From the NCBI GenBank assembly GCA_965202985.1, contig CBDBCF010000002.1, positions 96,001 to 160,000 of the forward strand: a stretch of 64,000 nt of DNA, read 5' to 3'. The DNA comes from Longimicrobiales bacterium (lineage in GTDB: Bacteria > Gemmatimonadota > Gemmatimonadetes > Longimicrobiales > Gaopeijiaceae). Of this stretch, positions 51,098-62,040 are shown in pieces (position 1 is the first letter of the stretch; each line of letters opens with the position of its first letter). The notes under the pieces were generated by a model that searched no databases, was not told where the DNA came from, and saw only the letters and a list, made by a program, of their open reading frames with translations. Made by a program: the position numbers and the translations under genes.

Positions 51098-52099
51098 ATG
51101 CCGATGATCTCAAAACGCACCTTCGGAATCGGTCTTGCCCTTGTCGTCGCCGCGCCCGTCCATGCAACGAGCCAGCCGCAGCGGACCTGGGCCGACGGGC
51201 CGCTCTTGGAACGCACCGTCTTGGACGGAAGCGTCGACTCTCCGCTCCTTCGCCCCGGGCCCTTCAATGTTGGCGAGAGCTTGGTCGCGGTGATCGACTA
51301 CGGCGACTTCGCGGTGAAGGCGTTCAGCCTCGATACCGGCGAGTTGGCTTGGCAGGTGGGCCGTCGAGGCCAAGGACCTTGGGAGCTGGCCAACCCGACG
51401 GACCTCGTGGTCGGACGAGCGGACTCGGTTTGGGTCGTCGATCCTCCGAACCAGCGCGTGCACGTGTTCGGTCCCGACGGCTCCCAGGGAAGGACGTTGC
51501 GCATCGACCAAGTCGCATTTCACCGGTTCGCGCCGCTGAACGAAGGGTTCTTCGTGGCCAGGGCCGATGTCGAAAGCGGGCTGGTGGCCAAGTTGTCCGA
51601 ACGGCTGACGTTGCTGGAAGAGGTCGCCGCCCCGAACTGGGTGTCGGAGCTGTCGTACTTCTCCAGCGAGCTGCGGATGGACGCGGACCTGAGCGGACGC
51701 CTGGCCGTCGCCTTCAAGTACACGGGGCGCGTGCTCGTCGACGCCGGCGACGGGGCGAGCCTGCGCGAGCTGCCTGCCGTGGCGACCGGCGAGGAGCCCG
51801 AAGAGATCACGCTGACGCCGCCCGGCGGGGGCGTGGCTCGTCGGCTGGCGCCGGGCACGCGGTCGCTCGTTCAAGAGGTGGCGGTCGAAGGCGACGAGAT
51901 CTGGGTGCTGTCGTACGCCGAGCGCGGGGACGGCGCCGAGTGGGACAGCGACGTGGTCGACATCTACGACGCCGAGACGGGCTACAGGCACAGCCTGCGG
52001 CTGAACCGGCCGGCGAGCGGCATCGCCGTGGCGAACGGGCGGATCGTGGTCGTCGAGACGAACATGCTGCCGCGCATCACGGAGATCCGGGTCAAGTAG
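51098..52099 (+). CDS. Secreted six-bladed beta-propeller (NHL/TolB-like) protein
   Basis: Signal peptide, GRRGQGPWELANP, VWVVD..RVHVF, DIYD..GY repeat-like blades. Confidence 0.75.
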   Translation: MPMISKRTFGIGLALVVAAPVHATSQPQRTWADGPLLERTVLDGSVDSPLLRPGPFNVGESLVAVIDYGDFAVKAFSLDTGELAWQVGRRGQGPWELANPTDLVVGRADSVWVVDPPNQRVHVFGPDGSQGRTLRIDQVAFHRFAPLNEGFFVARADVESGLVAKLSERLTLLEEVAAPNWVSELSYFSSELRMDADLSGRLAVAFKYTGRVLVDAGDGASLRELPAVATGEEPEEITLTPPGGGVARRLAPGTRSLVQEVAVEGDEIWVLSYAERGDGAEWDSDVVDIYDAETGYRHSLRLNRPASGIAVANGRIVVVETNMLPRITEIRVK

Positions 52100-52263
52100 G
52101 GCGGGCCTGGGGGGGCAGCGGCCGGCCGGGTCCATCGCCAAGGTCGACCGTCGGTCGCCGACGACTTCCGGCTTGACCTGCCGTTCGGCGAGGGCCATGT
52201 TCAGCGCGAACGCCAGTCACGCCCGAACGCGCTAGTCGGAGGAGAACCGTCTCGTTTACGCGG

Positions 52264-53634
52264 TTGCCGGGCTTTCGCGACTTCGCCCCCCAAGACCTCG
52301 CGCTCCGCAACGGCATCTTCGATGCTTGGCGAAGCGCGGCCCGACGCTACGGGTTCCGCGAGTACGACGGGCCTCCGCTGGAGCCGTTGGAGCTGTACGT
52401 GGAGAAGAGCGGGCCGGAGATCGCGGCCCAGCTCTACGAGTTCCAGGACAAGGGGGGTCGGCAGGTCGCGCTGCGTCCCGAGATGACGCCCACCCTGGCC
52501 CGGATGCTGGCCGAGCGAAGCCGAGGGATGGCGAAGCCCGTGCGGTGGTTCTCCGTGCCCCAGCTCTTTCGCTACGAACGAAGCCAGCGCGGCCGGCTGC
52601 GCGAGCACTTCCAGCTCAACGCGGACATCGTGGGCGAGGCGGACGTGTCCGCCGACGTCGAGGTGCTGGCGTTGGCCGTCGATGCGGTTAGGGCGCTGGG
52701 GCTCGGCCAGGCCGACTTCACGGCCCGGGTCAACGACCGTCGGCTGGTGACTGCGGTCTTGGACGCCGTGGGCGTGCCGCCGGAGGGACGCCGTGGGTGC
52801 TTGGCCGTCTTGGACAAGGCGGGCCGCGCGCCTGCGGAGCACAGTCGAAAGCGCCTGCACGAGCTTGGCGTGGACGGTCGCGCGGCGGACGCGATCATGG
52901 AGTTGGCGGCATCGGACGCCGGCGAAGACGCGTGGGGACCGCTCGAACGGCGCTTCGGGCGCGACGCCGGCGTTCGGGAGGCGATGGCCCCCCTGGAGAG
53001 GCACCGCGAACTGGTGGACGCCATGGGGCTGGGCTCGTTCGTCCGCTTCGACTTCGGCATCGTGCGGGGATTGGACTACTACACGGGGATCGTCTTCGAG
53101 CTCTTCGACCGGGCGGGCAAGTTCCGAGCGATCTGCGGCGGCGGGCGGTACGACCGGCTCTTGGAGCTGGTGGGCGGCGACCCGCTGCCGGCGGTCGGAT
53201 TCGGCATGGGCGACGTGGTGCTGGGCGAGCTGCTGCGGGACCGGGGGCTGGCGCCCCTGGGCGGCGCGGAGTGCGACTACTTCGTGGTCTGGGTGGAGTC
53301 GGCGCAGCAAGCCGCCGCGCTGAAGGTGGCTCGCGAGCTGCGGGAAGCGGGATACTCGGTGCTGTATGGGTTGCGTTCGCTGGGGGTGGGCAAGCAGCTC
53401 AAGGCGGCCGCCCGGGCCGGCGCCGCCCACGCCGTGGTGATCGGCCCGGAGGAGCTGGCGAGCGGCTTGGCCACCGTTCGGGACATGAGGACCGGCGAGC
53501 AGGAATCGCGACCGATGAACGCCGTGGCGCCCGATTCGGCCTTGTCTGCATCCGACTCGGCTGTGGTCTTGCCCGACTCGGCAGCCTCCGCATCCGACCC
53601 GGCCTTGCCCGGAACGTCCGGGGCGTCTCGATGA
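52264..53634 (+). CDS. hisS: Histidine--tRNA ligase
   Basis: LPGFRDF, LRPEMT, FRYER..GRLREHFQ, RGLDYYTG, GGGRYD. True start may be GTC 52249. Confidence 0.97.
   Translation: MPGFRDFAPQDLALRNGIFDAWRSAARRYGFREYDGPPLEPLELYVEKSGPEIAAQLYEFQDKGGRQVALRPEMTPTLARMLAERSRGMAKPVRWFSVPQLFRYERSQRGRLREHFQLNADIVGEADVSADVEVLALAVDAVRALGLGQADFTARVNDRRLVTAVLDAVGVPPEGRRGCLAVLDKAGRAPAEHSRKRLHELGVDGRAADAIMELAASDAGEDAWGPLERRFGRDAGVREAMAPLERHRELVDAMGLGSFVRFDFGIVRGLDYYTGIVFELFDRAGKFRAICGGGRYDRLLELVGGDPLPAVGFGMGDVVLGELLRDRGLAPLGGAECDYFVVWVESAQQAAALKVARELREAGYSVLYGLRSLGVGKQLKAAARAGAAHAVVIGPEELASGLATVRDMRTGEQESRPMNAVAPDSALSASDSAVVLPDSAASASDPALPGTSGASR
53530..53613 (+). repeat. Four imperfect 21-bp tandem repeats in the hisS 3' end
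   Basis: (C/T)CCGA(T/C)(T/C)CGGC.. units at 53530, 53551, 53572 and 53593, encoding PDSALSA/SDSAVVL/PDSAASA/SDPALPG. Confidence 0.75.
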
Positions 53635-53957
53635 AGGGCTCGGCGAGCGACCACCGGGCCGTTCGGGCCGTCATGAAGCGCGCCGTGCGTCGGCTGGGCG
53701 TTCTGGAGGCGCTTGTGCTGGCCGCGGCGGCTGCGGCGTCCCTTGTCGGCGGCGCCCTTGCGGCGTTCCTGGCCCAGAGCGCGTTCGGTCTTCCGTTCAG
53801 ACCCGCTTGGGCGGCGGCTTCCTTATTGTTGTTCGTGGTGCCGGGGCTGGCGGCCCTGGCGCGAAATGCTCGCTCGGCGGCGGGGAAGGCTTCTTCCGGC
53901 GGCGGCGCGACGGCACCGGAAACGGAAGGCGGACGATGGCGAAGCGGAAAGGGCTGA
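53631..53957 (+). CDS. Small two-TM hypothetical membrane protein
   Basis: ATGA overlap with hisS, two hydrophobic helices, overlaps the proS start. Confidence 0.65.
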   Translation: MKGSASDHRAVRAVMKRAVRRLGVLEALVLAAAAAASLVGGALAAFLAQSAFGLPFRPAWAAASLLLFVVPGLAALARNARSAAGKASSGGGATAPETEGGRWRSGKG

Positions 53958-55402
53958 CCCCCCGTTCCCAGGACTTCAGCGCTTGGTACAACGAGGTCGT
54001 GCAGCAGGCCGAGCTGGCCGACTACTCGCCCGTGCGCGGCAGCATGGTCATCCGGCCGTGGGGCTTCGCGATCTGGGAGCACATGCAGCGGGCGCTGGAC
54101 GACATGTTCAAGGCCACGGGCCACAGCAACGCCTACTTCCCGCTCCTGATCCCGATGAGCTTCATCGAGCGCGAGAAGGAGCACGTGGAGGGCTTCAAGC
54201 CCGAGCTGGCCGTGGTGACCCACGCGGGCGGCAAGGAGCTGGACGAGCCCTACGTGATCCGTCCCACGTCCGAGACGATCATCTACGCCATGTACGCCAA
54301 GTGGGTGCAGAGCTACCGCGACCTGCCGATCCTGCTGAACCAGTGGGGCAACGTCATGCGCTGGGAGCTGCGCACGCGCCTCTTCCTGCGCACGGCCGAG
54401 TTCCTGTGGCAGGAGGGCCACACCGCCCACGCCACCGAGGACGAGGCCGAAACCGAAGCCCAGTCGATCCTGCAGGTGTACCGGACGTTCATGGAGGACT
54501 GGATGGCGATGCCGCCGGTGACCGGCGTCAAGAGCGACGCCGAGAAGTTCGCAGGCGCGGTGCGCAGCTACGCCTGCGAGGCGCTCATGCAGGACAACAA
54601 GGCCCTGCAGGCCGCCACGTCGCACATGCTGGGGCAGAACTTCGCGCGCCAGTTCGGCCTGACCTTCCAGAGCGAGGAGGGCAGAGAGGAGTACGCCTGG
54701 AACACCTCGTGGGGCGCCTCCACGCGCCTGGTGGGCGGACTGGTCATGACCCACGGCGACGACGCGGGCGTGGTCGTGCCTCCCAAGCTGGCTGCCACGC
54801 AGGTCGTGGTCGTGCCGATCTCCCGCAACGACGAGCAGGCGGCAAGCGCGGCGGAGGCCGCGGCGCGGGTCGTGAAGGCGCTGACCGACGCGGGCGTTCG
54901 GGCTGCCGCCGACGACCGGCGCCACCTGTCGCCCGGGGCCAAGTTCTTCGAGTGGGAGCGCAAGGGCGTGCCCGTGCGGGTCGAGATCGGGCCGCGCGAC
55001 CTGGAGCGGGGCGAGGTCGTGGTGGCGCCCCGGATGTCGGCGGACGAGGGTCGCCCCGCCAAGGAGACGCTGCCCGAGGCCGCCGCGGTCCAGCAGATGC
55101 CGGGTCGCCTGGACGCACTGCAGGCCGGGTTGCTGGAGGCCGCCCGCGCCCGGCGTGACTCGGCCACCGTGCGACGGGACGTGTCGTCCGTGGAGGAGCT
55201 GAACGACCTGCTGGACCAAGGGGCGGGGTTCGTCTTCACGGGGTGGAGCGGCGATCCGGCGGTCGAAGAGCGCGCCAAGGAGGTCGCCAAGGCCACGATC
55301 CGGGTCGTCCCCGACCCCGAGTTCCGTTCACCAGAGGCGCCTGTCCGCTGTCCGGGCGGGGGCAAGTCCCGCATGGAGGTGGCGTGGGCGAGGGCGTACT
55401 GA
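53936..55402 (+). CDS. proS: Proline--tRNA ligase (archaeal/eukaryotic type, no INS domain)
   Basis: DFSAWY, IRPTSET, FLRTAEFLWQEGHT, SHMLGQNF, WERKGVP, C-terminal ARAY. Confidence 0.97.
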   Translation: MAKRKGLTPRSQDFSAWYNEVVQQAELADYSPVRGSMVIRPWGFAIWEHMQRALDDMFKATGHSNAYFPLLIPMSFIEREKEHVEGFKPELAVVTHAGGKELDEPYVIRPTSETIIYAMYAKWVQSYRDLPILLNQWGNVMRWELRTRLFLRTAEFLWQEGHTAHATEDEAETEAQSILQVYRTFMEDWMAMPPVTGVKSDAEKFAGAVRSYACEALMQDNKALQAATSHMLGQNFARQFGLTFQSEEGREEYAWNTSWGASTRLVGGLVMTHGDDAGVVVPPKLAATQVVVVPISRNDEQAASAAEAAARVVKALTDAGVRAAADDRRHLSPGAKFFEWERKGVPVRVEIGPRDLERGEVVVAPRMSADEGRPAKETLPEAAAVQQMPGRLDALQAGLLEAARARRDSATVRRDVSSVEELNDLLDQGAGFVFTGWSGDPAVEERAKEVAKATIRVVPDPEFRSPEAPVRCPGGGKSRMEVAWARAY

Positions 55403-55410
55403 CGGAGCGC

Positions 55411-56802
55411 TTGCCGAGCACGGACCGGCCCGTCGCCGACGAAGCCCCGCCCGGTGGCTTCGTTCGCCCGAACCGCGCGCTTCGCGGCGGGGCCGTGCCG
55501 CTGGAGGAGTTGGCCCGTCGCCACGGGACGCCCCTGTTCGTTTACGACGGCGACCGGGTCTTGGCGCGACTGGCGGCCTTGCGCGAAGCCTTCGCCCCGA
55601 TGCGCCCGCTGGTGGCCTACTCGGTCAAGGCCAACCCGAATTTGGCGGTGCTGGAGTTGCTGGCCGGCGCCGGCGCCGGCGCGGACATCGTGAGCGGCGG
55701 CGAACTGTACCGTTGCCTGCGGGCGGGGGTTCCGGCCGACAAGATCGTCTATGCGGGGGTGGGCAAGACCCGCAGCGAGATGAGGGACGCCCTGGAGGCC
55801 GGCATCAAGTCCTTCCACGTGGAGAGCGCGCCGGAGATGGAGGCGCTGGGCAGCTTGGCCGTCGAGATGGGCCGGCCGGCGCCGATCGGCGTTCGGGTCA
55901 ACCCCGACGTGGCCAGTCCCACCCACGAGTACACGCGGACCGGCCACGCCGCCGCCAAGTTCGGCGTAGCGCCCGAGCAGGCCGTCGCTCTGTACCGCCG
56001 CGCCGCCGCCCACGACGCCCTTCGCCCCGTGGGGATCGATGTCCATGTCGGGTCGCAGATCCGCGAACCGGAGCCGTTCCTGCGGGCCTTGGACGTAGTC
56101 CTGGAGGTGGCGAACCTGGCCGAGCGCGAGGCCGGCGTTGCGCTCGAGTACGTGGACATGGGCGGCGGCTTCGGGATCGCGGACGGCAAGGGCGGCGAAC
56201 TCGATCTGGCGGCTTTGGGAGAGCAGGTCGCGGCCCGGCTGGCGGGGTCGGACAGGGCACTGGTCGTCGAGCCGGGGCGCTTCCTGGTGGGCGACGCCGG
56301 CGTGCTTCTGACCCGAGTCCTCTACGTGAAGCGGAGCGCCGGCAAGACCTTCGTGGTCACGGACGCCGGGATGACCGAGCTGATCCGGCCCAGCCACTAC
56401 GGGGGCGTTCACGGCATCTCGCCGGCGAGCCGACCTCCGCTCGAGTTCGGGGCCGAAGACGAACCCGGTCCGCGGTGCCGACCCTCCAAGCCCGGCGGTG
56501 GCCCGGAGCCCGAGCCCGACCCGGGGCCCGGCGGCGGCCCGGGCCGGCGCATGGAGACGGTGGACGTGGTGGGGCCGGTGTGCGAGCAAGGGGACTTTCT
56601 GGCGCGCGACCGGGTGATGACCGTTCCCGAACCGGGGGCGATCCTGTGCGTCCACCAAGCCGGCGCCTATGCGTTCGCCATGGCCTCGAACTACAACTCC
56701 CGCCCGCGGCCAGCGGAGGTCCTGGTGCGCGCGGGCGAAGCCGCCTTGGTGCGCCGTCGCGAGCGCTTCAGCGACCTGGTGCGGGGAGAGGTTCATGCCT
56801 GA
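55411..56802 (+). CDS. lysA: Diaminopimelate decarboxylase
   Basis: [36 protein letters not shown]. Start uncertain. Confidence 0.95.
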   Translation: MPSTDRPVADEAPPGGFVRPNRALRGGAVPLEELARRHGTPLFVYDGDRVLARLAALREAFAPMRPLVAYSVKANPNLAVLELLAGAGAGADIVSGGELYRCLRAGVPADKIVYAGVGKTRSEMRDALEAGIKSFHVESAPEMEALGSLAVEMGRPAPIGVRVNPDVASPTHEYTRTGHAAAKFGVAPEQAVALYRRAAAHDALRPVGIDVHVGSQIREPEPFLRALDVVLEVANLAEREAGVALEYVDMGGGFGIADGKGGELDLAALGEQVAARLAGSDRALVVEPGRFLVGDAGVLLTRVLYVKRSAGKTFVVTDAGMTELIRPSHYGGVHGISPASRPPLEFGAEDEPGPRCRPSKPGGGPEPEPDPGPGGGPGRRMETVDVVGPVCEQGDFLARDRVMTVPEPGAILCVHQAGAYAFAMASNYNSRPRPAEVLVRAGEAALVRRRERFSDLVRGEVHA

Positions 56803-58384
56803 CGTTCCCGCCCGCCACGACCGCATTCTGGTGCTGGACTACGGCTCGCAGTTCACGCAGCTCATCGCGCGCCGCATCCGCGAAGCCAAGGTCTACTGCG
56901 AAATCCACCCGCCCACGCGCACGCTGGAGTGGATGCGCGAGTGGGACCCCCAGGGAATCGTCCTGTCCGGCGGACCATCGTCCGTGTACGACCACGCCGG
57001 TCCGGGACTGGCGCCCGGCCTGACGACGATGGGCGTGCCCGTGCTGGGCATCTGCTACGGGATGCAGCTCCTGGCCCGCAGCGAGGGCGGCACGGTCGTT
57101 CCCGGCAAGCGCGAGTACGGCCGCGCCACGCTGCGCGTCCACTGCGGGGACGACCCGACCGGCGGGGACGGAGAGCTCTTTCACGGCTTCAGGAACGACG
57201 CCGCACCCGACGAAGTCGTCGTCTGGTGTTCGCACGGCGACCACGTGGACGAACCCCCGCCCGGCTTCGATGTGCTCGCGTCCACGGCGGACTTGCCCGT
57301 GGCCGCGTTCCGGGCGCGAGATCGCCCCCTCTACGGCGTGCAGTTCCATCCCGAGGTGGCCCACACGCCACGGGGCGACGAGATCCTGGCCAACTTCCTG
57401 TTCCGCGTCTGCGGCTGCGCGGCGGACTGGACGCCTGGCGCCTTCGTGGCAGAGTCGGTGGCGCGCATCCGCGACGCCGTGGGCGGCGAGCAGGTCGTCT
57501 GCGGCCTGTCGGGCGGCGTGGACTCGTCGGTGGCGGCGGCCCTGGTGCACCGGGCCGTGGGCGACCAGCTGACCAGCGTGTTCGTGGACACGGGTCTGTT
57601 GCGCGAGAACGAACGCGCCGACCTGGAGGCTCTCTTCCGGGGCCGCGTCGGCATGCGGCTGCTGGTCGTGGACGCCGCCGCCGAGTTCCTGGCGGCCTTG
57701 GAGGGCGTGGCCGACCCGGAGGCCAAGCGGAAGGCCGTGGGCGAGGTCTTCATCCGCATCTTCGAGCGGGTCGCCCGAGAGCAGTGCGCCGGCGCTCGGT
57801 TCCTGGTGCAGGGCACGATCTACCCGGACGTGATCGAGTCCGCCCCGGTCCACGGTCCCTCGGCGGTCATCAAGAGCCACCACAACGTGGGCGGGCTGCC
57901 CGACGACTTGGCCTTCGAGCTGGTGGAGCCCGTGCGCGAACTCTTCAAGGACGAAGTGCGCGAAGTGGGCCGCGCCCTGGGGCTCCACGAGGAGTTCGTG
58001 CGCCGCCATCCGTTTCCCGGACCGGGGCTGGCGATCCGGGTGCTCGGCCCCGTGTCGGAAGACCGGCTTGCCGTCCTCCGGCGGGCCGACGCCATCTACA
58101 TGGAGGAGATTCGGGCCGCCGGCGTGTACGACGACATCTGGCAGGCGTTCGCCGTCTTGCTGCCGGTGCGCACCGTGGGCGTCATGGGAGACGCCCGCAG
58201 CTACGAGAACGCGGTGGCGCTGCGGGCCGTCGGTTCCCGAGACGGCATGACCGCGGACTGGTACCCCTTCGAGCCCGAGTTCCTGGCCCGCGTCTCGACC
58301 CGCATCATCAACGAGGTGAAGGGCGTGAACCGCGTGGCCTACGACATCAGCTCGAAGCCGCCGGCCACGATCGAGTGGGAGTAG
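56795..58384 (+). CDS. guaA: GMP synthase (glutamine-hydrolysing)
   Basis: [43 protein letters not shown]. Confidence 0.98.
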   Translation: MPDVPARHDRILVLDYGSQFTQLIARRIREAKVYCEIHPPTRTLEWMREWDPQGIVLSGGPSSVYDHAGPGLAPGLTTMGVPVLGICYGMQLLARSEGGTVVPGKREYGRATLRVHCGDDPTGGDGELFHGFRNDAAPDEVVVWCSHGDHVDEPPPGFDVLASTADLPVAAFRARDRPLYGVQFHPEVAHTPRGDEILANFLFRVCGCAADWTPGAFVAESVARIRDAVGGEQVVCGLSGGVDSSVAAALVHRAVGDQLTSVFVDTGLLRENERADLEALFRGRVGMRLLVVDAAAEFLAALEGVADPEAKRKAVGEVFIRIFERVAREQCAGARFLVQGTIYPDVIESAPVHGPSAVIKSHHNVGGLPDDLAFELVEPVRELFKDEVREVGRALGLHEEFVRRHPFPGPGLAIRVLGPVSEDRLAVLRRADAIYMEEIRAAGVYDDIWQAFAVLLPVRTVGVMGDARSYENAVALRAVGSRDGMTADWYPFEPEFLARVSTRIINEVKGVNRVAYDISSKPPATIEWE

Positions 58385-58422
58385 CTTCCCGATGGGGCGC
58401 GGCCCGGCGACGGGACACGGCG

Positions 58423-59277
58423 TTGGAGTCCCGCGGGTCGGCTCCGGTTCGGATCACGGTCGTGCTCTCCACCTACCAGCAGCCGGAGTGGCTCGAGAAG
58501 TCCCTGTGGGGCTACGCGCGCCAGCGGCTTCGCGACTTCGAGCTGATCGTGGCCGACGACGGCTCGTCCGAGGAGACGGCGCGGGTCGTCAAGCGCTGCC
58601 GGAATGCGCTGGCCGCGGAGGTGCGGCATCTGTGGCAGGAGGACCGCGGCTTTCGCAAGTGCCGCATTCTCAACAAGGCGATCCGGGCAGCACGCGGCAA
58701 CTATCTCGTCTTCTCCGACGGCGACTGCATTCCCCGACAGGACTTCCTGGCCGCTCACGCCGCCGCGGCGCGCCCCGGCCGCTTTCTGTCCGGCGGCTAC
58801 GTGAAGCTGTCCGTTGAAGCCAGCCGCAAGATCGACCGCGCCAGCATCGAGTCCCAGCGCGCCTTTTCCGCCCGCTGGTTGGGACGCGGCGGCCATCCGC
58901 ACAGCCTTCGCAAGCTCCGCGTGCCCGATTGGACCCGACGACCGACCGACCTATTGGCCGCCGGCCGGCCGACGTGGAACGGCCACAACGTGTCCGCATG
59001 GCGAAGCGACGTCCTGGCCGTGAACGGCTTCGACGAGCGCATGGGCTACGGCGGCGAAGACCGCGAGCTGGGCGAACGGTTGGAGAACTTCGGCGTGCGG
59101 GGCCTGCGCGTGCGCTACCGAGCCTTGTGCGTCCATCTGGAGCACCCTCGCGAATACGTGGACGCCGACGGGCTCGCCGAAAACCTGGCCATCCGGCGCG
59201 AGACGCAGGCTGAACGACGGACGTGGTCGGACTACGGCATCGACAAGTCGGCGCCCCCACACCCAGTTGAAGGCTGA
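58423..59277 (+). CDS. Glycosyltransferase family 2
   Basis: STYQ, ADDGS, FSDGDCIP, NGFDE..YGGED. Start approximate. Confidence 0.9.
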   Translation: MESRGSAPVRITVVLSTYQQPEWLEKSLWGYARQRLRDFELIVADDGSSEETARVVKRCRNALAAEVRHLWQEDRGFRKCRILNKAIRAARGNYLVFSDGDCIPRQDFLAAHAAAARPGRFLSGGYVKLSVEASRKIDRASIESQRAFSARWLGRGGHPHSLRKLRVPDWTRRPTDLLAAGRPTWNGHNVSAWRSDVLAVNGFDERMGYGGEDRELGERLENFGVRGLRVRYRALCVHLEHPREYVDADGLAENLAIRRETQAERRTWSDYGIDKSAPPHPVEG

Positions 59278-59362
59278 CACGCGAACGGCCCAACGAGCAG
59301 GGTTGACCCCAGGGCCGCGTGTGGTAGCTTCAGGTCTCTCCAATCCTCGACAAGGAACGGTC

Positions 59363-59674
59363 ATGTTTGCGGTATTCAGAACCGGCGGCAAGCAGTTTCG
59401 GGCGGAACCGGGAGCGACGCTGCTGGTGCCCAGCCTGGAAGCCGAGCCGGGAAGCACGGTGACCTTCGACGATGTCCTTCTCGCGTCCGAGGGCGACCGC
59501 ATCTCCGTGGGCGCACCGACGGTGGAGGGCGCCAAGGTCACGGCAAAGGTGCTGGCCCACGACCGGACCAAGAAGATCATCGTGTTCAAGCGCAAGCGTC
59601 GGAAGAAGTACCGGCGGAAGCAGGGTCATCGCCAAGGCTTCACCGTCGTGCGCGTGGCCGAGATCGTCACCTAG
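59363..59674 (+). CDS. rplU: 50S ribosomal protein L21
   Basis: [28 protein letters not shown]. Confidence 0.98.
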   Translation: MFAVFRTGGKQFRAEPGATLLVPSLEAEPGSTVTFDDVLLASEGDRISVGAPTVEGAKVTAKVLAHDRTKKIIVFKRKRRKKYRRKQGHRQGFTVVRVAEIVT

Positions 59675-59694
59675 CCGCAAGGACGGGCGAAGAA

Positions 59695-59958
59695 ATGGCT
59701 CACAAGAAAGGCGTCGGGTCTTCTAGGAACGGCCGCGACAGCAACCCGAACCGGCTGGGCGTCAAGCGCTACGCCGGCGAGCGGGTTCGCGCGGGCAACA
59801 TCTTGGTCCGCCAGCGGGGCACGCGGTTCCACCCCGGCGCCAACGTGGGTCGGGGCAAGGACGACACGCTCTTCGCCAAGGCCGACGGGGTCGTGAAGTT
59901 CGAGAACCTGCGCCGTCGGCGCGTCGTGTCGGTGTACGGCGAAAGCGTCGCCGTCTAG
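59695..59958 (+). CDS. rpmA: 50S ribosomal protein L27
   Basis: [21 protein letters not shown]. Confidence 0.99.
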   Translation: MAHKKGVGSSRNGRDSNPNRLGVKRYAGERVRAGNILVRQRGTRFHPGANVGRGKDDTLFAKADGVVKFENLRRRRVVSVYGESVAV

Positions 59959-60296
59959 CTCCGGCGTCGGTCGTCCGGCGGGACCTTTCTCGTCGCTGGG
60001 ACCTCCTCGGGTTCCTCCCGCGCCTGTTGCGCCTGCTGCTCGGCGCGGGCCGCGGCCATCAGCTTCCACACCAGTTCGCGCACGAGTTCCTCTTCCAGGC
60101 CCGCTTCCCGGGCCATCTCGGCGGCCCGCCGCGCCACCGTGGCCTCCCTGGCGGGATCGGTCACCGGCAACCCCAGCCGGCGCTTCGCCGCCCCGATCCT
60201 GTGCACGAGCGCGCGACGACGGGCCATGACGGCCACCAAGTCGCGGTCGCACTGAAGGACCTCTTCGCGCAGGCGCGCCAGCTCCGAGTCAGACAC
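59955..60296 (-). CDS. Chorismate mutase (AroQ type)
   Basis: [25 protein letters not shown]. Confidence 0.82.
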   Translation of the reverse strand: MSDSELARLREEVLQCDRDLVAVMARRRALVHRIGAAKRRLGLPVTDPAREATVARRAAEMAREAGLEEELVRELVWKLMAAARAEQQAQQAREEPEEVPATRKVPPDDRRRS

Positions 60297-61749
60297 GGAC
60301 GAAGCTCTCCACGTGGTCTTCGTCCTGCGGCTTGCCGGCAAGGCTGACCGCCAGCAGGACGGGAACGTGCACGAGCAGGCCCAGCACGCCTTCGTGAAGG
60401 CCCAGCGGCTTGAGCCCCGGGTTGAGGAAGAAGAATATGGCGGTGACCGCGCCGGCGATCAGGCCCGTCGCCACGCCCGCCGTCGTGGCGCGCTTCCAGT
60501 ACATGGCCGCCAGCATCGACGGCATGAACTGGCAGACGATCCCGTACGAGGCCAGCAGCAGCTCCACCAGCGAACTCTCGTTCAGGGCGAAGCCGTACGC
60601 GGTTGCGCCCACGGCGACCACCAAGACGCGCATCAGAACGCGGCGAGCCTTGTCCGAGAGCGGTCGGAAGGGCTGCACGCCGTCTTCCACGACCACCGAC
60701 GCCCCGGCATGAAGGAGCGCGTCGCCCGTGGACATCGAGGCCGAGAGCGCGCCGGCGCAGAAGAGGCCGACCACCAGCGCAGGCAGGTCGGTGCGCAGGA
60801 TCAAGAACGGCAGGATGAAGTCGGACCGGTCCGGCGATTCGGGGAACATCACGCCGGCGAAGCCGATGAGGAAGACCGGGATCAAGAAGAGCTGGAAAGT
60901 GGGGAAGAGGACGACGGTGCGCCGGATCGTGCGGTCGTCCCTGGCGGTGAACGCCTTCATGAACAGGTGGGGCAGCATCGTGAAGCCGACGGCGCTCACC
61001 AAGATGGAGGTCGAGTAGGCGCCCCAGCTCCAGGGGTTGCCGGCGGCGTCCAGTCCGGGAAGGGCGAGCAGCTCGGGCCGGGCCTCGAGTATCTGGCTGA
61101 ACATGGCGCCCGTTCCGCCGTAGAGCTTCTGCGGAAGATAGAGCCCCAGCGTCCACGCGATCGCCAGCATGAACACGCCCTGGAAGGTGTTCGTCCACCC
61201 CACCGCCGACACGCCGCTGGCCAGCACGTAGACCATGACCACGCCGTACGCCAGCGCGGCGCCGGCCCACAGCGGAATGCGTCCGTCGGTCACGGCCTCG
61301 ATGACGATCCCCGCCCCCCTGATCTGGATCGTGACGTAGGGCACGAACGCCGCCAGCGTCAGGACGGCCATCAGCGCGGACAACCCCTTGGACGGGAAGC
61401 GTCCCGTCAGCAGCTGCGCTTGAGTGACGAACCCGAAGCGGCGTCCCAGCGCGGCGGCCTTGGGTCCCAGCGCGTACCACGGCGCCATGCCAAGGGCCCC
61501 GTACGACAAGATGTAGAAGGCGGCGGCGCCCCTGGAGTAGGCCCAGCCCGGACCGCCCAGGAACGCGAACGCGGAGAACACCGACGCCCCGGTGATGAAG
61601 TACATGACCAGCAACCCGAAGTCCCGATCGCCTGCCACGTACCCCTGCACGCTCTTCGATGCGCGCCGGCCCGCCGCCAACCCGACGGCCAGCGTCGCAG
61701 CCAAGTACGCGAAGACGACGACCGCGATCAGTCCGAAGTTATCCGACAT
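60289..61749 (-). CDS. Sodium:solute symporter family protein
   Basis: SAFAFLGGPGWAY, GVSAVGWT, ASMSTGD, many TM segments. Confidence 0.92.
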   Translation of the reverse strand: MSDNFGLIAVVVFAYLAATLAVGLAAGRRASKSVQGYVAGDRDFGLLVMYFITGASVFSAFAFLGGPGWAYSRGAAAFYILSYGALGMAPWYALGPKAAALGRRFGFVTQAQLLTGRFPSKGLSALMAVLTLAAFVPYVTIQIRGAGIVIEAVTDGRIPLWAGAALAYGVVMVYVLASGVSAVGWTNTFQGVFMLAIAWTLGLYLPQKLYGGTGAMFSQILEARPELLALPGLDAAGNPWSWGAYSTSILVSAVGFTMLPHLFMKAFTARDDRTIRRTVVLFPTFQLFLIPVFLIGFAGVMFPESPDRSDFILPFLILRTDLPALVVGLFCAGALSASMSTGDALLHAGASVVVEDGVQPFRPLSDKARRVLMRVLVVAVGATAYGFALNESSLVELLLASYGIVCQFMPSMLAAMYWKRATTAGVATGLIAGAVTAIFFFLNPGLKPLGLHEGVLGLLVHVPVLLAVSLAGKPQDEDHVESFVRV

Positions 61750-61987
61750 CGGCTTCGGTGCGGGTGGGCGCGCGTTCGCGGCGGGCGTCCCGGCTGCGAG
61801 CGGCGTCCAGGCGCCACATGACCAGGAGGCTGGCCACGATCCACGCCGCGACCCACGCCATCTGCCGGGGCAGCCCCAGCACAAAGGGGGCGGGCGCGTT
61901 CACCAGAGCCTGGCCCGGCCACGTCACGGCGACGGCGAACAGGATGTGGCAGCACCAGGCGACTCGGCGCCAAGCGGGGTAGGGCAT
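61739..61987 (-). CDS. Small two-TM partner of the SSS transporter (DUF3311/DUF485-like)
   Basis: WPG..PFVLGLP..W pattern; overlaps the SSS start. Confidence 0.7.
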   Translation of the reverse strand: MPYPAWRRVAWCCHILFAVAVTWPGQALVNAPAPFVLGLPRQMAWVAAWIVASLLVMWRLDAARSRDARRERAPTRTEADVG

Positions 61988-62040
61988 TGGATCGGGGGCG
62001 GTCGAGGGCGCGGGGGTTCAGCCGAATATACCTTAGAACC

